Source of the DNA: a virus
Direction: 5' to 3' (one strand)
Virus record (IMG/VR): IMGVR_UViG_3300045988_110343
Span: 1-64,000 of that record
DNA length: 64,000 nucleotides
Shown here piece after piece: positions 28,288-36,534 of this stretch; the stretch's first letter is position 1, and the number at the start of each line of letters is the position of its first letter. The position numbers and the translations under genes are program-made. A model generated the notes under the pieces. That model did not search any database. It was not told where the DNA came from and saw nothing but the letters and a program-made list of their open reading frames with translations.

Positions 28288-28836
28288 CTAATTTAAAATT
28301 GAAATGTAGCCGTTGAATGCTTTAGAATTAACATACCAACCATACATATTCATTTCACGTCCATATTTTTCATAATCAAAATAATCTGATACGTTTGTTG
28401 GAATATTTTCAAGTAGTCCAGCATCTTCTACATAACGATAAGCTAAATCTTTCATACTGTTACAATCTGCATAGATAATATAATTACCATTTTCTACAAT
28501 GGCAAACGCTTCATCTAAGCTTGACGTTTCTGAACTAATTTCATTAAATACAGTTCTTTCTTCATCTGAAAGTTCTGCATAGCGTTCTCCGATTTCCTGA
28601 AGCCTTGAAAGTGGTGTGTATTCTCCCAACTCCGTTGTATCAAACTCTGCATCATAATCAGCAACAAAATATTCTTCATACTCTGCACCAATACCGATTT
28701 CTTTCAAGATGTTTTTGATTTCGTCTTCATCAGCAAGTGGGAAATTTACAGCTTTATCAATGATTTCTCCTTCATTGTATTTCCCTAAGTTTGTAACCCA
28801 TGCTGTAAAACCGTCTTTATTTGTGTTCGTGTTCAT
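28288..28836 (-). CDS. ardA: antirestriction protein ArdA-like
   Basis: 182 aa, acidic. N-terminal AWVTNLGKYNEGEIIDKAVNFPLADEDEIKNILKEIG follows the ArdA pattern (LG.YNEG..G.W.D...D.EE). Confidence 0.6.
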   Translation of the reverse strand: MNTNTNKDGFTAWVTNLGKYNEGEIIDKAVNFPLADEDEIKNILKEIGIGAEYEEYFVADYDAEFDTTELGEYTPLSRLQEIGERYAELSDEERTVFNEISSETSSLDEAFAIVENGNYIIYADCNSMKDLAYRYVEDAGLLENIPTNVSDYFDYEKYGREMNMYGWYVNSKAFNGYISILN

Positions 28837-28941
28837 GATTCTACCTTCTTTCTTGAAATACCCGACTTACATTTTATAAAAGCGGGATTTTGTTTACTTG
28901 TAATAAAAAAGACACAATCTTTTTTAGATCGTGCCTTTGGT

Positions 28942-29631
28942 TTACTGGTTACAATGGCAAGATACCCAACAATTCGGTTGATTGCAAGGGTGTAAACCTT
29001 TACCGCCGTTATTCTCCGGGCAATGTTCACAATTGCCAATGTTATTTTCAGAGTACATAAATTTTATATACTCATTTTGTGTAAAGCTAACACCATACAC
29101 GTTTCTTGTATATGGGCTGTATGCTTTATATACTTCCAACATACCGTAGTAGGCTTTTACACCTACTCTACCGATATTTCTTTTTTCTGAAGGACTTAAA
29201 AATAAAGATCCTTCATTGTTTAATTTGTTTTCAAACAATCTTACAACTTTTGTGTTTTCACTTTCTTTTTCATGATTCTCAAAATAATCTAATGGCAAAG
29301 ATTCAAATGCTGTATACATTTCAATATCGTATTCATGCGTTTCTTTCCCATATGCTTCTAGCTTCATGGAAATTGTATCATCTAACCAATGACCAGCATT
29401 AAGACAATACTCTTTCTCATCATCATTTTCTAAGAAGAAATAAATTACAACTTGATTGTTTTTCATCAAAGGGATCTCATAGATTTCTGCATTTGATGGA
29501 ATATTAACCATGTCCATCAATGTTCTACAAAGATTTAACAGTTCTTTACCATCTTCTTCTGTGCGATCTAGTGCTGAAGGTGGGAAAGAACAGATTTTTT
29601 CAACAATTGGCATAAAATTATTTTTATTCAT
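28942..29631 (-). CDS. hypothetical protein with C-terminal Cys/His-rich tail
   Basis: Start at the Met with a GGAAG RBS. C-terminus CEHCPENNGGKGLHPCNQPNCWVSCHC. Confidence 0.45.
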   Translation of the reverse strand: MNKNNFMPIVEKICSFPPSALDRTEEDGKELLNLCRTLMDMVNIPSNAEIYEIPLMKNNQVVIYFFLENDDEKEYCLNAGHWLDDTISMKLEAYGKETHEYDIEMYTAFESLPLDYFENHEKESENTKVVRLFENKLNNEGSLFLSPSEKRNIGRVGVKAYYGMLEVYKAYSPYTRNVYGVSFTQNEYIKFMYSENNIGNCEHCPENNGGKGLHPCNQPNCWVSCHCNQ

Positions 29632-29984
29632 AATTTCCTTCTTTCTACTTATCAGACTTGATAAGATTTTAAAATTTAATAGTTCTATAATGCCGATTAA
29701 AGCGGTATGCAAGACAGTGAACAATGTTCATATAATTTGTATACAAATTACTAACTACTAGGGTACAAGCCGTTGGCGTTCATTTATAAATACAAATATA
29801 CTACTAATTGATATACTTGCCATTGTGCTATAATCAGCACTAACAACCATTAAAAAGTTGTTTAAAGTTTGAACCATGTCTTTTCTACTCTAAGACAAGA
29901 AAAGAGTTGTTACAATTTGTTACAAAAAAACAGAGTATCAAAAATTGACACCCTTAAGTTTAGATCCGTTCAATGTAATGTATA

Positions 29985-30080
29985 GTGTTTTGCGTTGCTG
30001 GTGTCTCCCGACATTAGCCATACATACTAACTAATGGGTTATTAGCTAAATAACCTTAATGTCACTTATTGCATCGGGCG
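29985..30080 (+). ncRNA. structured RNA candidate (long-range 11-bp stem enclosing a GGTTATT-agcta-AATAACC hairpin)
   Basis: GGTGTCTCCCGA at 29988 pairs with TCGGGCGACAC about 70 nt downstream. Followed by the hairpin CATGG-N12-CCATG plus T-run at 30097-30130. Confidence 0.35.
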
Positions 30081-30225
30081 ACACTCTACCCTATCATCTT
30101 TTTTACATGGGTTATGGCGTTACCATGAGTTTTTATAGAAGTATTCTTTTCTTCTTTTATTCGGTTGTGTTTAACCGTTTTAAATAGGGATTTAAAAAGT
30201 CTGAATTGACTTTTTAGAAAAGATA

Positions 30226-30340
30226 TGGTATCCTAGAATTGTCTAGGTTCAGGGATACCGAAATCCCAAAGATGATATGGGCAGAAAGCCTTTTTTGATT
30301 AAGGCTGAACGCCTTTATCATCTTTTTTTATTTAATTTTT
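30226..30340 (+). ncRNA. small RNA candidate with its own promoter and terminator
   Basis: TTGACT-17-TATCCT promoter, then nested stems GGGAT/ATCCC, GATGATA/TATCATC and GCCTT/AAGGC, ending in TTTTTTTATTT. Confidence 0.35.
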
Positions 30341-30448
30341 GTAACCAGCATCTTAACTGGTGTCAAGTTAAGTGAGATTTTAAAACTCAACCGATCAATC
30401 AAGATGGTTTGTTTTGCTTCTCTTTTAACTTGTCTTTATTATATCATG

Positions 30449-30597
30449 ACTAGTATTGTTATGTCAATACTTTTTTCAATTTTTTTGATTTACTTTTTTG
30501 AGTAAATCGTGATATAATAATACCAATCGGATTGGACTTGTATGTCTTATCCTTTTGACAGTTATAATTATACAATACTAGTATTGTTATGTCAATA
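30449..30597 (+). promoter_or_regulatory. two 32-bp direct repeats carrying AGTATTG-N6-CAATACT palindromic operators
   Basis: Identical ACTAGTATTGTTATGTCAATACTTTTTTCAAT at 30449..30480 and 30566..30597. Copy 2 carries an extra CAATACT half-site. Upstream of the HTH gene. Confidence 0.6.
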
Positions 30598-30628
30598 CTT
30601 TTTTCAATAAATTTAGGAGTAATTTTAT

Positions 30629-30883
30629 ATGTATAATATTGTAAAAAATCAAGATGATCTTATCTTACAAATAAAGCACTATATGTTAGATAATAAGTTA
30701 AAGCAAAAAGACATAGTTGCCCGTACTGGACTATCTAAACAAACTATAAGCAATCTGTTAAACGGTAGGAGTAAAAACATGACACTAGACACTCTTTTTA
30801 TGCTTTTAAATGCTTTAGATTGTAATCTATCTGTATCTTTAAATAAGAATGATAATACAGATAACACCAGCAAAGATCAATAA
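30629..30883 (+). CDS. XRE/Cro-CI-type HTH transcriptional regulator
   Basis: 84 aa. HTH KQKDIVARTGLSKQTISNLLNGRS; RBS TAGGAGT. Confidence 0.7.
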   Translation: MYNIVKNQDDLILQIKHYMLDNKLKQKDIVARTGLSKQTISNLLNGRSKNMTLDTLFMLLNALDCNLSVSLNKNDNTDNTSKDQ

Positions 30884-30889
30884 TGCTGT

Positions 30890-31850
30890 TTACTCTGCCG
30901 TATGCACATATAAGCACTTATACAGTCGTTTAAATGCTTTAGAATGTAAGTATGCAAAGATCATTTGTATTATATAGAAGGAACACGTATATAATAGTAT
31001 TATTAATATAATATATAAGTATATGTGATATAGTACAATATGTAGCACTTATCTATGCCGTAGGTGTACTATTATATAGTATTATGTATATGTAGTATAT
31101 TTATTAATTGTGTCTTTAGGGTGCATGGTATATAGTTGTATATTATACTATTATATGTTATTATATAGTTATCATAGTTTGGATCTAGTTTTGCGTGGTA
31201 GTATGAGATATACTATCATGTTATATTTGTATATGTATTTATTTATGTATGATAGCTTGATCTTGTATGATTGCCATATATTAATTTGTTTAGTTTATAT
31301 TTTAATTTGTGTATTTGTTGCAAGTGCTGGAAGTCTGCCAAACATCGAACACTTGTTTGCTTAGTAGTGTATCATGGTTTTGCTGTGCTGTCAAGTGGTA
31401 TAGATAAAAGCTATGGGTGATGGTTTGGTATAGAGTGAAGTTATAGGTGGGTTTGTGGTGGTTTGTATTGAGTGATAGAGAAAATATTGTTTTGCTGGTG
31501 TTATGTGGCGTGAAGTTTTATTTTGTGTTGATGGCGTGGATAGACTATCCAACACATTATGTAAAAGTGTTGGATAATAGACAAGTGTTGTGTAGATAGT
31601 CGCAAAGTAGTAGTCCTATTTTGGAATACTACGACACGTCGTAAACCATATTATATTATACAGCATCTGATACACTATCATGTAGTTTTGGATACTATGT
31701 GGAAATAGTTGGAAATTATCTGTACTCCTGATCCTGATCTGCCTATAAATTATTTACAATAATTGTCAAAATTCATTTGATAAAAATATAGTATTTCAAA
31801 TAGATTTATCCAGTATTTACCATAGTTTTTATATATTTATAACTATAGTA
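30890..31850. other. non-coding zone, plus strand strongly G+T+A-rich and almost C-free
   Basis: Direct reading shows long stretches without C (gtatatgt..., tggtttgtggtggtttg...). Only a Y/L/M-rich spurious ORF is present. Confidence 0.6.
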
Positions 31851-32781
31851 TACATGGGGGTATATTTACATATTTCACAATATAGTTTTTATACTTTTTG
31901 CCTTGATGTCTTCAACACGCCAAATATCTCCCTCTCATTTTTTAATCCATTATTTTCCAATTTCTCAATCACTTCCTCCCAATTTCTTCCTTTTTCCTTA
32001 AATCCATCAAAATCCACACTATTCCTACACTTTCACTACTTTTCTCCTATCTCATCAAAAAACATTACGTCGTAAGTGACGTCGTTCAACTTCCCTATTT
32101 AAGCCACTTTTGATAATTACACCTTACCCAAAATGACAGATTTTTTACTTTTTCACACCTAACACACCACTTAATTCCTCATAAATACTGGCTTCAGACG
32201 ACCTCACTCAAATTTTATTACCATTTTGACCAAAATCAGACCTTTTGCACACCACTTTTTTGCAAGTTTTTATTTTCAAACCACAGCCACAAACTTCTCT
32301 TCTTTCCTTTATTTTTATACCACATCTTAAAAACCCAAAAATTCATTTTTGTACCCATGTCTGACGACCTCACTTTTTTGATTGTCAAAACAGGGTGTCA
32401 CCAATTTCGTACCTATTTTGCATCAAAAACCCTTATAAATACTGAAGAAAACGACGATTACTCTTCTACTCTTCTTCTCTCTTATCCCAAGCAAACAAGC
32501 AATTTATTGCGCAGTTTAGGAGAGGCAGGATAAGCGTTAGCGTTCCTTCTCGACATTGCTACCGCAGGTAATATCACTTACACTCTTCCATTTCTAAGAC
32601 AATCATGTTATACTTCCATTGAGGGCTTAGGCAACCCTTGGCATCTACGCCAAAACAGACATAAAAATGATATTAAGGTATTCAAGTTGGTACCCCAGAT
32701 AATGTATCTGCAAATGCATTATCAGAATTTATGCTCAGGGAAATTTCTCTGGGCATATTTTTTACAACTAACAATCTCTCA

Positions 32782-32817
32782 TTGCAATAAAATATCTTAC
32801 ATGATATAATCATATAT
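32782..32817 (+). promoter_or_regulatory. near-consensus sigma70 promoter driving a leaderless ORF
   Basis: TTGCAA-17-TGaTATAAT, then 7 nt to the ATG at 32818. Confidence 0.55.
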
Positions 32818-33126
32818 ATGGCATTGAACAAGAACATTCAATGTATTCCATGTATCAATAAAAACAATCCCTCGCAAGGCAAAACATTTTATAAGATGGA
32901 ATCCCTTGAGCTATCAACCAGATTTGTGACAGATAGTGAACACAAGCAATCTATCAATCAGACACTCAGCCTTGCAAGCAGGGATTATTTTTATGCAAAA
33001 AATTATCTTTCATACAGTCCTATAAAAAATCGCACTCTACAGATCATAAATCCATTTTACCTATCTACTCTAACAACTCTCCACGACATACCACAAAATC
33101 CATATTTGACGAATATACTCTTCTAA
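32818..33126 (+). CDS. leaderless small ORF (N/Q/S/T-rich product), reality uncertain
   Basis: 102-aa ORF starting exactly at the predicted TSS. Amino-acid composition is driven by the C/A-rich DNA. Confidence 0.3.
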   Translation: MALNKNIQCIPCINKNNPSQGKTFYKMESLELSTRFVTDSEHKQSINQTLSLASRDYFYAKNYLSYSPIKNRTLQIINPFYLSTLTTLHDIPQNPYLTNILF

Positions 33127-33660
33127 ACATTGAGAATCACATATAATCAACACATACCATCATGCAGCAGATTCCCAAATCAGATATCTGCCACAACACA
33201 TCTTAGATCTAAGACAAAAATATCTCTTCATTATACCCTTAAAAAATGTACTCTGAGAGAGCAAATTTTAATTCTACTATCGTACCCTAACAAGTTATCG
33301 CCAAAACATATAAAATGGAAATTAGTACCAGATTTCTCATCTAAACATTGAAAATGTACACTAAGTAATTGCACACATGACCTATATCGCACACTCATAC
33401 CGCATAGGGGGGGTACACTTTACATTGAAAAGACCATTATCTGCGCCAGCATATATTGTACGTGAAAAAGTACAATGGTATTTCCTATGAAAAAATACAC
33501 CTGAGAGATCATAAATCAATTTTATACCTTTCCACTACCAACAATACCAATTTACCAATAGAATGGAAATTCCCCCACGAAAAGCTCTTCTAAATGTACA
33601 GAATCCAGTATAAAGAAAATTACATTCTACCCAGATAAAAATATGACTAACTTCCCTCAT

Positions 33661-33703
33661 TGCACCCGTTGACAAGGTGCAAAAAGTATGTTAAAATACC
33701 AAT
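33661..33703 (+). promoter_or_regulatory. promoter with palindromic operator (second copy of the 10225..10266 element)
   Basis: TGCACC-cgTTGACAa-GGTGCA aaaagtatgt TAAAAT, then 6 nt to the ATG at 33704. Confidence 0.55.
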
Positions 33704-34096
33704 ATGCTTAAAAAGAAAATGAAGAAAGAAAGGATATATACCGTGAAGAATACAAATGATTTTATACATAATTGCAATGAAGAGACAAAACTCTCTTTCA
33801 ATTTGCCACCAGATATCACACCAGATATGATATGCCAGATAATCAATTATGGTAATCTGTGTAAATATTCTTTTAAAGAATATATGTTGGCAGATACCAG
33901 AAAAGAAATTGCAATGAAGATTCATAGTTATTGGAAAGATAATTCTGAGATATTATATCCAAGATCTTCAAGATTATATATGTGGTTGTACTACAATGAG
34001 ATAACCAGAAAAAGATTACGGACATTGCAGGAAGAAAATATAAAACAATTATCATATATGATCTACATGATGAAAAACAAAGAAAGGAGAAATTAA
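33704..34096 (+). CDS. hypothetical protein (leaderless start possible)
   Basis: 130-aa basic ORF. Confidence 0.4.
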   Translation: MLKKKMKKERIYTVKNTNDFIHNCNEETKLSFNLPPDITPDMICQIINYGNLCKYSFKEYMLADTRKEIAMKIHSYWKDNSEILYPRSSRLYMWLYYNEITRKRLRTLQEENIKQLSYMIYMMKNKERRN

Positions 34097-34129
34097 AAGA
34101 TGATCAATACAATTGTCAAGACAGATGAA

Positions 34130-34420
34130 AGATCAAAAGAGAAAAGAGATGAGCGTCAGCGAACACGGAATTTTTTCGTTGAGTAAGCGTCAGCGACCGA
34201 AACAAAAAATAGGTAGGGAATATTTATATTCCCGTGTTTTGTATAGGTAATATGTCCTATATATATAACACGTCTCTTATAGTTAATATTGTCGGTTGAG
34301 CGATTAAAAATTATTTGTCTAGCTATTTAGACGTGTCTATCAAATCAACACCTGTTGTACTTATGCTGAGATTTTGTCTACACACAAGTTAATAACCAAG
34401 ATAGCAAAGGAGAATTATTT
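34130..34420 (+). repeat. iteron-like repeats and palindromes upstream of the rep-like gene (candidate origin)
   Basis: AGCGTCAGCGA x2; perfect palindrome GGGAATATTTATATTCCC; inverted AACACGTCTC / AGACGTGTCT; recurring ACACG/CGTGT. Confidence 0.45.
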
Positions 34421-35284
34421 ATGAAACAAATTAAACCCGAAGGAAAACGACAGAACTTTCATGTTATTCCACATTTTCTAATCTACAATCCAGAGTTTGG
34501 AGAAAAAAGAATATTATTTCAAATGGCGTTAGCAAACAATATGATGTTAAAATGGAATCCAGAAAAACCACCGATTCTTTATAATACAAATTTACTCGTG
34601 CGCCAAATGAGCTTTTCACAGAATTACAACTCATCAGGCATCAATGAACAAGTTAAAAAATTTATGAAATTAATTGAAGACAAAGGCTATGTTAAAAAAG
34701 TTGCATCACCAATCAAGCAGCTTACATTATATAATGTTCCGAATGAAAACACTGAAGAAAATTTATTCCTACAAAAGAAACATTACGGTATAATTTATAA
34801 CTTCGAGTTCTTATACTTGCTCCGATTACATAAGACGAATTCAATGCCATATAATACCAGAATATGGAATGTATTACTCGTGTTAGCATATCTAAGATAC
34901 AATATTATCATGCGAGTTTCAGAAGATTTTAATTCGAAAAAAAATAGAAAGAAAAGACCAGAAACATATGTGAAAACATATGATGATATCGGAAAGGAAC
35001 TTGGATTACATCGAACTACTATTGAAAAATGTGTTAAGGTTCTTGATGAGGCAGGGATTATCTATCATGAGCAATTATTCAAAACTCTTCCTGGCACTGA
35101 TAGAGTTGTATATAGTCGAATTGCTTTTACAAATAAATATAAATATGACGGAACTCAAGAATATCGCTTGGATTCCAATTACGATTATAAAAAAGAAATC
35201 GAAGAAATTAAATTACAGTTAAAACCTTACGGAGAATTCGGGAAAGCAACTAATGCTTCTTCTGATTTAGAAAACCTTGATTAA
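34421..35284 (+). CDS. putative replication initiator (winged-HTH Rep-like)
   Basis: 287 aa. HTH-like DDIGKELGLHRTTIEKCVKVLDEAGIIY. First gene after the repeat-rich non-coding region. Confidence 0.4.
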   Translation: MKQIKPEGKRQNFHVIPHFLIYNPEFGEKRILFQMALANNMMLKWNPEKPPILYNTNLLVRQMSFSQNYNSSGINEQVKKFMKLIEDKGYVKKVASPIKQLTLYNVPNENTEENLFLQKKHYGIIYNFEFLYLLRLHKTNSMPYNTRIWNVLLVLAYLRYNIIMRVSEDFNSKKNRKKRPETYVKTYDDIGKELGLHRTTIEKCVKVLDEAGIIYHEQLFKTLPGTDRVVYSRIAFTNKYKYDGTQEYRLDSNYDYKKEIEEIKLQLKPYGEFGKATNASSDLENLD

Positions 35285-35379
35285 TCGCTTTGTTGGCAGC
35301 ATTGTGAGTAATCAAGTAAACACAAATTAAAAATTAACTAAACAATAATATACATAACGAAAGGATCTAACAAATTTTC

Positions 35380-35817
35380 ATGACAAAACAATTAAATACA
35401 GAACTCAAAGACTTATTGGCTACTTCTGATCGTATCTCATTTGAGAACATGACACAAGAACAGTTCGCAGTCAAACTTGCAGCACAGAGACTACGCACTA
35501 CTCCTTCTTCAAAGAAAAGATTAAAAAGAAATGATGGTATTCGAGCAAGAGATAGTACAACAGATTCTGTAGTCTATAAGCCAACGCATGACCAGTATTA
35601 TCGTATTTTCATCAACGATATTTTAAGCAATATTCAATCAGGTGGCACTGATTATTGTTTTAAATGGTATCAAGTAAAAGAATTGCTGCGGTTTCACAAG
35701 CACACGTTGATATGCAAAATGGTCAAAGAAAGCACGAGTGCCCGTGGCATTTATTTCAAGGTATCTCTTCCCAACGATTGGCGAAAGATTGAGAAGAATA
35801 TTATACCAGAACAGTAA
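35380..35817 (+). CDS. hypothetical protein
   Basis: 145 aa. Confidence 0.45.
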   Translation: MTKQLNTELKDLLATSDRISFENMTQEQFAVKLAAQRLRTTPSSKKRLKRNDGIRARDSTTDSVVYKPTHDQYYRIFINDILSNIQSGGTDYCFKWYQVKELLRFHKHTLICKMVKESTSARGIYFKVSLPNDWRKIEKNIIPEQ

Positions 35818-35894
35818 GCATGAATTACTGAAATACATAATAAACACAAATTAATAATTAAACTAAACAAATACATAAATAAGGAGACTTTTCA

Positions 35895-36323
35895 ATGAAA
35901 TCCAGAAAATTTAATAAAGAAAAATACACAGAACAGAAGGCAATGAAGAAAAAGAATCGTCCACAGCGCAGTTATAAAAGCCTTGGGACAACCATTGAGA
36001 TTCCGATCAATCACAGAAAGCATAAAATTTTAGCTACTGCCCGACATAATGATGAAAACGGCAAAGAGGATGAAACATTTACAGTGACACTTTCAATTGC
36101 CAAAGAGACAGGAGATTTCCCAATCTGGCATCAGTTTGAAGATGATTTACAAATCACGGCAAAGAGATATTCTCTTAGAACTGCTCTGATGGCTCAGGTA
36201 GTTGAGCTTGAAACAGCTGGCGATCTTGATATACATATTGAATCTGCTGATACTATCTACAAGCTTCTTGAATGTGCAGGCGATTACCTAAGCGGTAAAT
36301 CAAATACAGTGGAGGTGCAGTAG
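35895..36323 (+). CDS. hypothetical protein
   Basis: 142 aa; RBS GGAGAC. Confidence 0.45.
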   Translation: MKSRKFNKEKYTEQKAMKKKNRPQRSYKSLGTTIEIPINHRKHKILATARHNDENGKEDETFTVTLSIAKETGDFPIWHQFEDDLQITAKRYSLRTALMAQVVELETAGDLDIHIESADTIYKLLECAGDYLSGKSNTVEVQ

Positions 36324-36324
36324 A

Positions 36325-36534
36325 ATGATAGTTTTATTTACGATTCTGATTGGTGGTGCCGTACTGTTTTGCGCAGGAATGTGTCGTTCTGCTGCTACCA
36401 GAGAAATGATTACGGAAGATATTTATTGCCAGATCAAAGCAGAAAGTTTACATAAAAACGCTTTCAGGAAACCAAGAACTGAAATGGAACAGATGACAGA
36501 CATGATTTTTAAAGAAAGCGAGGATGATGAGTAG
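36325..36534 (+). CDS. small membrane protein
   Basis: 69 aa with an N-terminal TM helix. Confidence 0.4.
   Translation: MIVLFTILIGGAVLFCAGMCRSAATREMITEDIYCQIKAESLHKNAFRKPRTEMEQMTDMIFKESEDDE

Larger units (their letters stand above)
31851..33700. other. non-coding or weakly coding zone, plus strand C+A+T-rich and almost G-free
   Basis: Reciprocal skew to the 30890..31850 zone. Contains repeated GACGACCTCACT (x2) and ACGTCGTAA motifs. Confidence 0.6.

Noticed and set aside
28833-29039. 68-aa ORF overlapping the 3' end of ArdA and the start of the next gene.
   Set aside because: It lies within an overlap of two better-supported genes and is basic junk-like.
30890-31850. Diversity-generating retroelement or CRISPR array in the G/T-rich block.
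   Set aside because: No reverse transcriptase or cas genes in the window. No regular repeat-spacer periodicity, only degenerate TA/GTAT-rich texture.
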